Shown here: positions 49,281 through 59,426 of the stretch, in pieces
How positions within the stretch are numbered: position 1 is the first letter of the stretch
How the letters are laid out: every line of letters begins with the position of its first letter
Assembly (NCBI GenBank): GCA_045807245.1
Contig: JBJMHS010000055.1
Location: 1 to 63,775, forward strand
Direction of reading: 5' to 3'
Length of the DNA: 63,775 nt
From: Actinomycetales bacterium
GTDB taxonomy: Bacteria; Actinomycetota; Actinomycetes; Actinomycetales; CAVURS01
Translations under genes and position numbers: made by a program
Notes under the pieces: generated by a model
Seen by the model: only the letters and a program-made list of their open reading frames with translations
The model's database searches: none
Told to the model about the DNA's origin: nothing

Positions 49281-51230
49281 TCATTGTTCGCGATTGCGGG
49301 CCGGCAGGCCCCATGCGCGGATCTCGTCCGTGACCAGCGCGCGGCTGGTGGTCGAGCGGCCGAGGTCGACGTAGGCCTGGAACTTGGCCGCGTTGTAGAA
49401 CTGGTCGAGCGTCGATGTGGAGGGGAAGCGCGGGGCGGCGCGTCCGCGCTCCCGCACATCAGCCGGGGTGCCGTCGTCGACGCCGAGCCGCACGACGAGC
49501 AGCCGTCCGGTGCTGCCGTCGGGATATCGAACGGCGCCGAGGGACCAGAGAAGGTGCCGATCAGGCTCCAGGTCCACGACCACCCCCAGCTCGCCGGCAG
49601 CCAGCCGCAGGGAGTGCTCCACTGCACGCCGCGAGGAGCCGGCCGAAGAGTCGACGGCGACGATCGTGCGGCAGCCCCGACGGAGCAGCTCGACGAGGCC
49701 GAGGTTGTCGTAGTGGCCGCCGTCCGTGACGTACATCCAGAACGACGAGCTGGGGTGCCAGCCGTACAGCTCTCTGAGCATCTCCCGGACCCCTGGCACC
49801 ACGGGCTGAGGGCCCTCGAAGGACAGGATCTGCGCCACCATGCCGTGGGCCGGGTTCGGCATCCAGCGACCGAGCCGCACGTTGAGCAGGGCCAGGATCT
49901 CCTGGGCCGCCCGGACGGTCATGAAGCCCATGGACGGCGCCACGGCTGCTCCGGACAGACCGACGCTGCGGAACAGTCCGAGCGCTGGCCGCAGCATCCG
50001 GCGGTCGCCTCGGCTGGGTATCATCAACCGCTCGTACGCGAGAGCGTCGACGGTGACGGACCCCTCGGCTCGGTGTAGGACGAGCTCGCGTGGAGTGAAG
50101 ACCAGGCTGGCGACCGGCGGGATGCGCCGGCCCCGGTTGACGGCAGCGCAGACGACGAGTTCGGGTCGCCGGAGCGAGGGCGGGCAGTCGGGCTGCGGGC
50201 GCAAGGCGGACATCGGCAGGTCGAGCAGCGCGTCTACGGGCCAGGGCCGCTCGAGCGGACTCGTGATGCCGAAGCAGGAGGCCACCTTGGACGAGTAGAA
50301 GTGGTGCGGGCTGTTCGCGTCGTACCTACCGGTGAACATGCCCATGCCGGTCACGGCGATGACAACGATTGCGATGGCCGGCCCCAGCCACCTATGGCTG
50401 GGCAGCGCAGCGACGTAGAAGCAGATGCCGAGCAGGATCGCGGCAACGAGCAGACGGTGCAGCAGCTCGAGCGCCGCCGCCAGCAGCACTCGCGCAGCGG
50501 TGCGCCGCGCCTCGGGGCCGGACCACCGGACGGCGGACCAGCCGACGAGTAGGACGTACGCCGCCACCACACCGGTCGCGGTCCCCAACCGGTGTTCCCA
50601 CCACCATGACGGCGACTGCGCGAACGGCAGACGCCGGATGAGGGCCGTGGTGGGCACCGTCAACGCCGCGACGACGATCGCGCCGACGATCCAGGGCGCC
50701 GGCCGCGGCCAACCGCGGGGTTCGGCCACCACCGCCCACCGCAGCAGTACTGCATAGCCGAGCAGACCGACCACACCGAGAGGCACGAGGAGCCGGTCGT
50801 CGTCGGGTGCGAACGGCGCCAGGGCCAGCCCGACGAACGCGATGGCGCTGGCCGGCCACAGAATGAGGCAGACGAGCTCGAAGAAGCCCTGCCAGACCAG
50901 CGTGCCCACCTCGTCGACCAGACGGTTGACGCCGCTCCTGAGGAAGTAGTCGGAGCCGGCGGCGAGCTCGCGAGCCTCCGGGCTGTCGGGGGCGAACGGT
51001 CGCTCCGCGTACCGCGGCTGGTCCGGCTGCTGCAGCGACCGGACGTACAGGCTGACCGAGGCGGCCGTGTACGAGCCGCCCGAGACACCGGCCAGGTAGT
51101 CCGCTGCGTTCGGGCCCTCCAGAACACCATGCGCGTCGTCGAGCGCCTGCAGGCAGCCCAGCCCGAACGCGGCCGCGCGCAGGCCGCCGCCCGACAGGCA
51201 GATGCCCAAACCCGCGTCCTCAGATGTCAC
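49281..51230 (-). CDS. patatin/cPLA2-like phospholipase with multi-TM insert
   Basis: LSGGGLRA, GVSGG nucleophile motif, DGGHYDNLG, hydrophobic central block; start uncertain. Confidence 0.78.
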   Translation of the reverse strand: MTSEDAGLGICLSGGGLRAAAFGLGCLQALDDAHGVLEGPNAADYLAGVSGGSYTAASVSLYVRSLQQPDQPRYAERPFAPDSPEARELAAGSDYFLRSGVNRLVDEVGTLVWQGFFELVCLILWPASAIAFVGLALAPFAPDDDRLLVPLGVVGLLGYAVLLRWAVVAEPRGWPRPAPWIVGAIVVAALTVPTTALIRRLPFAQSPSWWWEHRLGTATGVVAAYVLLVGWSAVRWSGPEARRTAARVLLAAALELLHRLLVAAILLGICFYVAALPSHRWLGPAIAIVVIAVTGMGMFTGRYDANSPHHFYSSKVASCFGITSPLERPWPVDALLDLPMSALRPQPDCPPSLRRPELVVCAAVNRGRRIPPVASLVFTPRELVLHRAEGSVTVDALAYERLMIPSRGDRRMLRPALGLFRSVGLSGAAVAPSMGFMTVRAAQEILALLNVRLGRWMPNPAHGMVAQILSFEGPQPVVPGVREMLRELYGWHPSSSFWMYVTDGGHYDNLGLVELLRRGCRTIVAVDSSAGSSRRAVEHSLRLAAGELGVVVDLEPDRHLLWSLGAVRYPDGSTGRLLVVRLGVDDGTPADVRERGRAAPRFPSTSTLDQFYNAAKFQAYVDLGRSTTSRALVTDEIRAWGLPARNREQ

Positions 51231-51387
51231 GGCACAGTTGTCGGGCGTGGGATCCACGTCGCACCTCCCCGCTGGGCAGCTGCCGCAGGCCGCCGGGCTC
51301 AACATGCCGCACGGTGGCGTCGAGTCTCAAGAGTGGACCGCCTGCCGGCGGTTCCGGGCGCCGCTTGCTCTCCGCTCATTGGCTCGC

Positions 51388-51435
51388 TTGACAGTTCTGG
51401 GACTCCGGCCGCACACTGCCTAATCATGTTAGGCA
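51388..51435 (+). promoter_or_regulatory. leaderless promoter and autoregulatory operator of TetR gene
   Basis: TTGACA-18 nt-CACACT; palindrome tgcctaa-tcatg-ttaggca spans ATG 51426. Confidence 0.65.
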
Positions 51436-52049
51436 CTCCGACTCGCGATAGGCAGGCCGAACGCCGTAAGGCGACCCGCCAGGAGATCCTCGACGCCGCC
51501 TGGGCGGTCGCCCGGGACAAGGGGCTGGCGTCGCTGACCCTCAAGGAGGTCGCGGAGCGGGTCGGGATGCAGGCGCCGTCGCTGTACTCGCACTTCGCGT
51601 CGAAGCATGCGATCTACGACGCGATGTTCGGTCAGGCCTGGAGCGAGTACGACGAGCTGGACGCCGCGAACGACGCGGCCGAGTACGGCGGGCCGCGGGC
51701 GCAGGTCCTGGCCAAAGCGCTGCAGTTCTTCGACTTCGCGGCCGATGACCTGGCGCGCTACCAGCTGATGAACCAGCGGACGATCCCGGGCTTCGAGCCG
51801 TCGCCGGAGTCGTACGCGCCGTCTCTGCGGGTGATCCAGCGGAACCTCGAGCGGCTCGCCACGCTCGGTGTCAGGGAGCGCGGTGACGTCGAGATCTTGT
51901 TCTCCGTCATCGGTGGTCTGGTCGACCAGCAGCTCGCGAACGACCCAGGCGGCGACAGCCGCCGCCAGCTGATCAAGCGCGCGGTCGAGATGTGGGCCGA
52001 CGGCGTCGGGCTGCCGCCGCAGCCGCGGAAGCGGAAGGCACGCACGTGA
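51426..52049 (+). CDS. TetR/AcrR family regulator
   Basis: EILDAAW, LKEVAERVGMQAPSLYSHFASK. Confidence 0.92.
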   Translation: MLGTPTRDRQAERRKATRQEILDAAWAVARDKGLASLTLKEVAERVGMQAPSLYSHFASKHAIYDAMFGQAWSEYDELDAANDAAEYGGPRAQVLAKALQFFDFAADDLARYQLMNQRTIPGFEPSPESYAPSLRVIQRNLERLATLGVRERGDVEILFSVIGGLVDQQLANDPGGDSRRQLIKRAVEMWADGVGLPPQPRKRKART

Positions 52050-52828
52050 CCATGACCGGCAGCTACGTCGCGCAGCCTCGCCCGTCTGCGCTTCCGCGAG
52101 ACAAGGCCATGCGCCTGGCGGCGACCGAGTACCAGCGGTTCGCCGCCGCCGTGGCGGAGCTCGGCCCGCAGGACTGGGCCCGCCGTACCGACTGCCCGGC
52201 GTGGAACGTGCACGAGATGGTCGCGCACGTCGTCGGCATGGCGTACATGGTGACGTCGCGCCGTGAGAACGGGCGGCAGCGCAAGGGCGCCCTCACGCGG
52301 CGTACCGAAGGCGTGCCGTTCATCGACTGGCTCACGGCGTACCAGGTCGAGCGCTTCGGCCCCAACCCGCCGGCCGAGCTCGCGCGCCTCGCGGCCGTCG
52401 TGGCGCCCAAGGCCGCCCGCGGCCGCAAGCGGGTACCTGGCTTCGTGCGGCGCCGCTCGATGCCGCTCCCGCAGCTGGTCGGGGCTGTGCCGGAGCAGTG
52501 GACGCTGGGGTTCCTCATCGACACGGTCCTCACCCGCGACACCTGGATGCACCGCGTCGACCTGGCCCGCGCGACTGGGCAGCCGATGGTTCTCACGGCC
52601 GAGCACGACGGCGCGATCATCGCCGACGTCGTGGCGGAGTGGGCCGAGCGGCACGGTGCGCCGTACCGGCTGACCCTCACCGGACCGGCGGGCGGGATCT
52701 GGTCGTCCGGCTCGGCGGCCGCCGGCACCGTGGGCGAGGAGCTGACCCTGGATGCGGTCGAGTTCTGCCGTCTGGTTTCCGGCCGCGGTACGGCGACCGG
52801 CCTGCTCACGACCGCCGTTCCGTTCTGA
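52046..52828 (+). CDS. maleylpyruvate isomerase family mycothiol-dependent enzyme
   Basis: TDCPAWNVHEMVAH, RDTWMHRVDL. Confidence 0.88.
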   Translation: MTMTGSYVAQPRPSALPRDKAMRLAATEYQRFAAAVAELGPQDWARRTDCPAWNVHEMVAHVVGMAYMVTSRRENGRQRKGALTRRTEGVPFIDWLTAYQVERFGPNPPAELARLAAVVAPKAARGRKRVPGFVRRRSMPLPQLVGAVPEQWTLGFLIDTVLTRDTWMHRVDLARATGQPMVLTAEHDGAIIADVVAEWAERHGAPYRLTLTGPAGGIWSSGSAAAGTVGEELTLDAVEFCRLVSGRGTATGLLTTAVPF

Positions 52829-52900
52829 CGCTTTTCTGGCCGCCTTCCGACCGCACTTTGTTGACCAATACCCCTGCCGCCCAACCGAAGTGAGGACATC

Positions 52901-53713
52901 GTGAACCTGCACACGATCGGCTCGGACGTGTCCGTGCTGAGTGACCATGCCGAGATCCCCGGGTTGGGCTTCCTGCCCGTCAACACGTTCGTGCTCCATG
53001 CCGAGCAGCCGGTCGTCGTCGACACCGGACTGAGTACGCCGGGGAAGGACTTCGTCCGCGACCTGTCCTCCGTGATGGACCCGGCCGACGTGAAGTGGAT
53101 CTGGATCACGCACCCGGACCGGGACCACACAGGCGGCCTCTGGCAACTCCTCGACGCCGCCCCCGACGCCCGTCTGGTGACGACCTTCGTCGGCGTCGGC
53201 ATCCTCTCGTGCGAGTGGGCGGTGCCGCTCGACCGGGTGTACCTGCTGAACCCCGGTCAGTCCCTGGACGTCGGCGACCGGTCGCTCACCGCGTTCCGCC
53301 CGCCGCTGTTCGACAACCCGGCCACCACCGGCTTCATCGACGACAAGACCGGCGCGATGTTCACGTCGGACTGCTTCGGTGCACCCATGCCGTCCGCGGA
53401 GCTGGCCACCGGCGGGGACGTGCTCGCTGCCGGCTCGGTGCGCGACGCGCAGCTGCTGTGGGCCAGTGTCGACAGCCCTTGGGTGCACCACGTCGACCGG
53501 CAGGCGTTCCAGGCGACGATCGACCCGCTGCGCGCGCTGAACCCCTCCGCGCTGTTGAGCACGCACCTGCCGCCGGCGGTCGGCCTGAACGACGTCATGT
53601 TCGAGACCGTGACCGAAGCGCCCGCAGTGCCCACGTTCGTCGGGCCGGACCAGCAGGCGCTCGAGGCACTGCTCGCGTCCTTCGCCCCCGCTGAGGAGGC
53701 GCTCACCGCATAG
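52901..53713 (+). CDS. MBL-fold metallo-protein
   Basis: VVDTG, THPDRDH, FTSDCFG. Confidence 0.85.
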   Translation: MNLHTIGSDVSVLSDHAEIPGLGFLPVNTFVLHAEQPVVVDTGLSTPGKDFVRDLSSVMDPADVKWIWITHPDRDHTGGLWQLLDAAPDARLVTTFVGVGILSCEWAVPLDRVYLLNPGQSLDVGDRSLTAFRPPLFDNPATTGFIDDKTGAMFTSDCFGAPMPSAELATGGDVLAAGSVRDAQLLWASVDSPWVHHVDRQAFQATIDPLRALNPSALLSTHLPPAVGLNDVMFETVTEAPAVPTFVGPDQQALEALLASFAPAEEALTA

Positions 53714-53734
53714 GTCTTGGCTTAGCGTTGGTGC

Positions 53735-54313
53735 ATGGGCTTCGAGGTGCGACCCCTGGATGCGACGACCTGGCCCGACTTCGCCGCCTTGGTCGAAGCG
53801 CACAACGGCGTGTGGGGTGGCTGCTGGTGCTTAGGGTTCCACGAGGAGGGTGGCCCCCAGGGGTACCACCGGCAGGCCGCCAAGGAGCTGCGGGTCCGTG
53901 AGGGGCGGGCACATGCCGCCCTCGTGTACGACGGCGACCAGTGTGTCGGCTGGTGCCAGTTCGGGTCTCCCGAAGAGCTGCCCCGGATCAAGCACAGGCG
54001 CGCGTACGACGCGAGCGCCGGCCCGGGCAAGCCGGCGCCGTGGCGGATCACCTGCTTCTTCGTCGGCTCCAGTCACCGGCACCAGGGCGTCGCCGCGGTG
54101 GCCCTGGACGGTGCCCTGCGGGAGATCGCCCGGCTAGGCGGCGGCCGGGTGGAGAGCTACCCGGAGGACACCGAGGGACGGAAGGTGTCGGGGTCGTTCC
54201 TGCACAACGGGACGCTCGCGATGTTCGAGCAGGCCGGGTTCCAACGCGACCGGCCGATCGGCAAGAACCACTGGGTGGTGACGCGGCGGGTCCGGGCGGC
54301 GGCGCGCACGTAG
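53735..54313 (+). CDS. GNAT family acetyltransferase
   Basis: WGGCWC, VGWCQFG, ITCFFV..HRHQGVA, ESYPED. Confidence 0.87.
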   Translation: MGFEVRPLDATTWPDFAALVEAHNGVWGGCWCLGFHEEGGPQGYHRQAAKELRVREGRAHAALVYDGDQCVGWCQFGSPEELPRIKHRRAYDASAGPGKPAPWRITCFFVGSSHRHQGVAAVALDGALREIARLGGGRVESYPEDTEGRKVSGSFLHNGTLAMFEQAGFQRDRPIGKNHWVVTRRVRAAART

Positions 54314-54326
54314 TCAGGGCCAATCG

Positions 54327-54779
54327 TCAGCGGGCGAGGAGGCGCAGCGCTCGAGCGAAGTCGTGCGTTCCCTTTGCCCCCAGGATGGAGAAGAACTCGC
54401 CGTCACAGCGCTCGACGTCGACGACGGCGCGGTCGGCGAGAGCGCGTCCCGCGCGGGTCGCGCGCAGGGCGCGGGCCCGGCCGTCCGCAGGATGTGGTGC
54501 GCGCTCGACCAGGCCCTTCAGCTCGAGCGCACGCAGCACCTGTGACGTCATCATCGGGTCGGTCGCCGCGGCGTCGGCGAGCTGCTTCTGGGTGACCGGC
54601 CCGTCGGCTGCCTGCCACGACAGCGTGGCGAGCAGCACGAACTGCACGTGAGTCAGGTCGTGGGCTTTGAGGGTCGCGCGCTGGGCCTGCTGCCAGCGGT
54701 TCGTCACCTGCCAGAGGAGGAAGCCGGGGCTCTCCTCGGGGCGGGCGAACTCGGTGGCCAGCCGGCGCTCAGCCGGCAC
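54327..54779 (-). CDS. MarR family regulator
   Basis: SPGFLLWQV, LTHVQFVLL, DPMMTSQVLRALE. Confidence 0.92.
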   Translation of the reverse strand: MPAERRLATEFARPEESPGFLLWQVTNRWQQAQRATLKAHDLTHVQFVLLATLSWQAADGPVTQKQLADAAATDPMMTSQVLRALELKGLVERAPHPADGRARALRATRAGRALADRAVVDVERCDGEFFSILGAKGTHDFARALRLLAR

Positions 54780-55236
54780 GCGGCGTACCGGTCGGCTCGC
54801 TCGCCACGGCGGCGCCGTCCGACTCGGCGGTGGTGACCAGCCGGTCGAGGTCGGCCTGGACCGACGTCCGTAGCCCCTTGCCCAGCAACGCGTTCCAGAG
54901 CCGCGCCAATGGGCCGGACATCGAGATCGCAACGCGGACAACGGAACCGCCGGCCTCGGTGGGCTCGATCGCATGGTCGAACGTGAGCTTCGCGCCGACC
55001 AGGTGGGACACGTCGACGAACGTACGGTCGGTGAGGGCCGCGATAGTGAACCGGACCTTGGGGCCGCCCTTGGGCTTGAGCTGGCCGGTCGAGCCGGTCG
55101 CGAACGGGCCGTCCAGGCGGACCCACTCGGTGTCGGTGTTCCACTCCGGCCAGGTCGCCATGTCGGCCCAGCGAGCGAAGAAGTACTGAGGAGCGGCAAC
55201 GGACTCCGCGTGAGCCTGCGCGATGTTGATCGTCAT
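54769..55236 (-). CDS. SRPBCC/polyketide cyclase family protein
   Basis: WADMATWPEWN, LDGPFATG, LKPKGGP. Confidence 0.85.
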   Translation of the reverse strand: MTINIAQAHAESVAAPQYFFARWADMATWPEWNTDTEWVRLDGPFATGSTGQLKPKGGPKVRFTIAALTDRTFVDVSHLVGAKLTFDHAIEPTEAGGSVVRVAISMSGPLARLWNALLGKGLRTSVQADLDRLVTTAESDGAAVASEPTGTPRAG

Positions 55237-55281
55237 GCAAACTAGTATGTGCGCTTAGTATCCAGGTGTCAAGCGGTGTCC

Positions 55282-56262
55282 TCATCCAGGCAGCGCACGG
55301 GTGACAAGAACCGTCACGGCGTCGGCGCTGCCCCAGGACGTGGAGACGCCGGCACCACCATGGCCGTAGCAGGCGATGACCGGGACCGCCCAGCCCCCAA
55401 CGGCTTCGATGCGCAGCGTCGGGCGGGCGGGGCGAAGCCCTACGGCCCGGGACACGACCGGCAGCCCGTCGAGCTCCGGTACGGCGGCGACGGCGCGCTG
55501 AAGGATGGCGGTCTCGGTGTCCGGGTCCCAGGCCAGGTCGTGACGATCACGGTCGGACGTGCCGCCGACGACGATGTCCCCGTTGCGCGGCAGGACGTAG
55601 AGCAGACCGTCCGGATGCTCGTCGTCGATGAGCCAGTCCATCAGGCCGGGGTTGTGCAGCCGCGCCACCTGACCGCGAACGGCGAACATGCTGTCGTCGT
55701 CGCGCAGGAGCTCCGGTGACCGCAGCCCGGCCGCGACGACGACGGCACCGGTCCGGCCGATGAGGTCGTCGAGGTTCCCCGCGACTGCCCAGTCGAACTG
55801 GACGCCGCGGTTGCGGCAATGCTGCTCGAGCCAGCCGAGATAGGGCCCCATGTCGATGACGGGTACGCGCATTCGTACCGCGGCGGTGGCGCCGGGCGGC
55901 AGCTCAGATTCGGGTGCCAAGGCGTAGTCGTCGATGGCCGCCGTCCAGCTGCGGTCGACGTCGTGGCGGCGCTCGACCAGGGTGCCGTCGCGCATCACCA
56001 CACCGGTCGCCGGGTCCTGCGAGAGCCGTTCGAAGCGCTGCCGAGTCACGCCCAGGTGGCCGAGCGTCGCCTCAGTGCTGTCGATGAGGTGGGGAAACCA
56101 GATGGCACCGGCGACGGCGGACACTGTGTCGGCGGGTCGCTGGTCGGCGACGACGGTCACGCGGAGTCCTGCCTCGGCAAGCCGGCAGGCAACGCTCAAA
56201 CCGATCACGCCCGCACCCACGACCGTGACCTGCGAGTGGTCTTGCCTCATCGGTGACGACAT
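55282..56262 (-). CDS. D-amino acid oxidase family flavoprotein
   Basis: VVGAGVIGL, VRGQ, VGLRPAR, CYGHGGAG. Confidence 0.92.
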   Translation of the reverse strand: MSSPMRQDHSQVTVVGAGVIGLSVACRLAEAGLRVTVVADQRPADTVSAVAGAIWFPHLIDSTEATLGHLGVTRQRFERLSQDPATGVVMRDGTLVERRHDVDRSWTAAIDDYALAPESELPPGATAAVRMRVPVIDMGPYLGWLEQHCRNRGVQFDWAVAGNLDDLIGRTGAVVVAAGLRSPELLRDDDSMFAVRGQVARLHNPGLMDWLIDDEHPDGLLYVLPRNGDIVVGGTSDRDRHDLAWDPDTETAILQRAVAAVPELDGLPVVSRAVGLRPARPTLRIEAVGGWAVPVIACYGHGGAGVSTSWGSADAVTVLVTRALPG

Positions 56263-56300
56263 CGGAACGGCTTCCTATGGACGATGGCATGTGCGCACAT

Positions 56301-56789
56301 CTAGGCGTTCAGCACGAAGATGAACTCCTCGATGCCGTCGTCAGATGCTGGCGCTTTGGCCTCCTGCACGCGATCGCGCCGAAAGCCGCACTTCTCCAGG
56401 ACGCGGACAGAGCCCACGTTATGCACCGCGACATGTGCGTACAGAGGTCGGATCGACAGCTCGTCCACGAACCGGGCGAGCGCCTGCGTGGCGACGCCGC
56501 GGCCCCAAAACTCGCGTCCGAGCCAGTAGCCGAGGAGTTGCTGCCCATTGTCCGGCCAGCTGCCGATATTGCCCGCGACCATGCCGTTGGCAACGATGGT
56601 GCGCACGACCAAGGTGTCGTCGGCGCGAAGTTTCGCCCAGTGCGCCGCGAACTGATCCTTGTCGCGAGCCGGAAACGCGGCCATCTCAACCGCCTGCGGA
56701 TCGGCCTGGTGGTCAAAGAACACGTCGAGGTCATGGTCTTCGACACTCCTGAGCAGGACTGCGGGTGTCAGTTCCTGGGCGCCCGTCAT
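56301..56789 (-). CDS. GNAT/RimJ-like acetyltransferase
   Basis: GYWLGREFWGRGVAT, HNVGSVRVLEKCGF. Confidence 0.9.
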   Translation of the reverse strand: MTGAQELTPAVLLRSVEDHDLDVFFDHQADPQAVEMAAFPARDKDQFAAHWAKLRADDTLVVRTIVANGMVAGNIGSWPDNGQQLLGYWLGREFWGRGVATQALARFVDELSIRPLYAHVAVHNVGSVRVLEKCGFRRDRVQEAKAPASDDGIEEFIFVLNA

Positions 56790-56939
56790 ATCCAGTCACT
56801 CCTGCGCGGTCGGCCTCGGCATCTCGTCGGCCTGACCATTTCACAGACCACCGACAACATGGTGAGACGCCGATCCGTGCGCATGGCGCTCGCAGCCGGG
56901 CTCGGGTTCGCTCCATCGCTTATTGGGTACCGGCACGTT

Positions 56940-58319
56940 GTGGGAGAAGCAGGAGCTGCGGCTCGCCGTGCTGGTGCGCTGGCAGTGCTCTGCGCGGCGT
57001 CGTTCCTGGCGGTGGTGGATACGACGATCGTCACCATCGCGCTCCCAACGATCCGCACTCAGCTGGGGTTCTCGATCACGGGCGTGCAGTGGGTGCTGAA
57101 CGCGTACACGCTTGTCTTCGCTGGGATGCTGCTGCTGTTTGGACGGCTGGCCGACCGAGTTGGGCGGCGACGGGCCTTTATGGCGGGCCTGGCTGTCTTC
57201 GGTGTCGGCTCAGTGCTCGCCGCTGCTGCGCCGACCTCGGCCGTACTGGTCACCGGCCGCGTGGGGCAAGGCTTGGGTGCGGCGGCGTTCGTGCCGAGTT
57301 CGCTGTCACTGCTGACGGTCATGTTCGCTGAGGCCGATGAGCGGTCCCGAGCGCTGGCCGCCTATGGATCGATGGCGGGCCTGGGCTTCGTGGTCGGCAT
57401 GGTGGGAGGCGGCGTCATCACCCAGACTCTTGGCTGGCCATGGGTCTTTTGGATCAACCTGCCGTTGGTCGCAGCCATGTTGCTGTGGTCGCCACACGTC
57501 TTGAGTGAGAGCCGCGGCAGCCGGGGCTCCCGGCTCGACCTGTCCGGAGCCGTAACGGTCACTGTCGGCGTGGCGGGCGTCGTGTACGCGTTGGCCGCCG
57601 TCCCGCGCTACGGCTGGGTGGCGCCGCAGATGTGGGCCGCGACTGTCGTCGGCGGCGCGGGGCTGACCGGTTTCGTTCTCATCGAACGGCGACACCCTGC
57701 GCCTCTCGTGCCACCGACGGTTGTAGCCCACTCGCGCGTGCTGGTGCCCAACATCGCCATCGTGCTTCAGTCGATGGTCGGGATCGCTTGGCTCTACCTG
57801 CTCACGTTGTACTTCCAGACAGTCCAGGGTCGGGACCCGCTCAACACTGGCCTCTTGTTCGCCCCGATGACGATCGCATCGATCCTCGGCGCAACCGTGG
57901 CCGGCCGTATGTTGCCCCATACCGGTTTCCGTACTGCCGCCCTGATCGGAGTGGGGTCAACCGCAGCGGGGGTAGCCGTGATGGCCGCAGCCGCTGACTG
58001 GCAGTCCGGAACGACGGTGATGATCGTCGCGATGGCATTCGGCGAGGCCGGATTCATGGTGGCCAGCGTCGCCCTGACGACGGCCGCCGCCACCAGCCTG
58101 GATGACTCTCACGTCGGCCTGGCCGCTGGGATATACAACACCGCGACCCAACTCGGCGCTGCCCTCGGTCTTGCCGTGGTAGCCAGCGTCGTCGCTGCAG
58201 CCGCAGGCGATCTGCACGTTGGCGGTGGCGCCATCCGATACGGCTTTCTCGCCTGTCTGGCCTTCTGCCTAATGGCGATCGTCCTTGTCGCCACCCAGCT
58301 GACACCGCGCCGCACGTGA
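56940..58319 (+). CDS. DHA2-type MFS transporter
   Basis: DTTIVTIALP, QWVLNAYTL, GRLADRVGRRR, many TM segments; start inferred. Confidence 0.88.
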   Translation: MGEAGAAARRAGALAVLCAASFLAVVDTTIVTIALPTIRTQLGFSITGVQWVLNAYTLVFAGMLLLFGRLADRVGRRRAFMAGLAVFGVGSVLAAAAPTSAVLVTGRVGQGLGAAAFVPSSLSLLTVMFAEADERSRALAAYGSMAGLGFVVGMVGGGVITQTLGWPWVFWINLPLVAAMLLWSPHVLSESRGSRGSRLDLSGAVTVTVGVAGVVYALAAVPRYGWVAPQMWAATVVGGAGLTGFVLIERRHPAPLVPPTVVAHSRVLVPNIAIVLQSMVGIAWLYLLTLYFQTVQGRDPLNTGLLFAPMTIASILGATVAGRMLPHTGFRTAALIGVGSTAAGVAVMAAAADWQSGTTVMIVAMAFGEAGFMVASVALTTAAATSLDDSHVGLAAGIYNTATQLGAALGLAVVASVVAAAAGDLHVGGGAIRYGFLACLAFCLMAIVLVATQLTPRRT

Positions 58320-58373
58320 GGCAACGCGTCTCAACGGCTGAGTCTCAGGACGGTGCCTAGGTGCGTCACGTCG

Positions 58374-59291
58374 TTACTGGCGAACGCGGATGATCGTCTT
58401 TCCTTTGACCCGCTCCGTGCGATTGAACGCTGCAACGGCGTCATCGAGGGCCGCGACAGTGCCGATGTTTGTCCGCAGTCGCCCGTCCCGGATGCGCTGC
58501 ACGATCTCACCCAGTTGGGCGCGGTCGGCCTCGACAACGAAATCCACCGCCAGGCCGTCACCCGGCCGGGCCTGGACCGGGCCGACGACGGACACCAGCG
58601 TCCCTCCAGCCTTGATCCGGCCGGCGGAACGCTTCTGGACATCACCGCCGATGAGGTCGAAGACCAGATCGACCTCGCCGACATCTTCCAGCGCGTCGTT
58701 CTCGAGATCGACGAACTCCTGCGCGCCGAAGTCGAGCGCCTTCTCGCGGTCCGCGGCGCGTCCCGTCCCGATGACATAGGCGCCGGCCTCGCGGGCCAGC
58801 TGCGTCACCATCGTCCCGACTGCCCCGGCGGCACCGTGCGCGAGGACGCTCTGCCCCGGCTGAACGCGGCCGTGCTGGAACAGTCCCTGCCACGCGGTCA
58901 GACCCGAGATCGGCAGGGACGCTCCGACCGTGAACTCGACGTCGCCCGGCAAGGGCGCGAGGTTACGGGCCTCGATCGCCACGTACTCCGCCAGGGTGCC
59001 GTCGCGATGCCAGTCGGCCAGGCCGAACACCCGTTGTCCCACCGACAGACCCGTCGTGCCGTAGCCCAGCGCGGTGACCACTCCGGCCAGCTCGTGACCG
59101 GGGATCGACGGTGTTCGATCACGGTCGGCACGGTCGGTCCACGTCGACGGCCACTCCAGCTCAGTCGAGACAAAGCCCGACGCGTGAACCCGAACGATGA
59201 CGTCGTTGATCGCTGCTGGCGGCTCGGGCCGCTCGGCCAGCGTCATCCCGGCCGTTCCCGCGGCCCGATTCGTCACCACAATCGCCTTCAT
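58374..59291 (-). CDS. NADP-dependent MDR oxidoreductase
   Basis: IPGHELAGVV, GLTAWQGL, HGAAGAVG. Confidence 0.9.
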   Translation of the reverse strand: MKAIVVTNRAAGTAGMTLAERPEPPAAINDVIVRVHASGFVSTELEWPSTWTDRADRDRTPSIPGHELAGVVTALGYGTTGLSVGQRVFGLADWHRDGTLAEYVAIEARNLAPLPGDVEFTVGASLPISGLTAWQGLFQHGRVQPGQSVLAHGAAGAVGTMVTQLAREAGAYVIGTGRAADREKALDFGAQEFVDLENDALEDVGEVDLVFDLIGGDVQKRSAGRIKAGGTLVSVVGPVQARPGDGLAVDFVVEADRAQLGEIVQRIRDGRLRTNIGTVAALDDAVAAFNRTERVKGKTIIRVRQ

Positions 59292-59426
59292 CCGGCACCT
59301 TCCTTCGATCCGGTTCTTGCCACCGCTGGATATACCCCTACGGTCACAGACTCCATCGACTGCGCCCGGTCCATTCTGATGTGAGCTGGCGATGTGACTC
59401 GTGTTCCGACCGAGTATGAGACTGAG

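Noticed and set aside
49281..51230. CBASS or other named defence system
   Set aside because: No CD-NTase or other defence partner genes are adjacent
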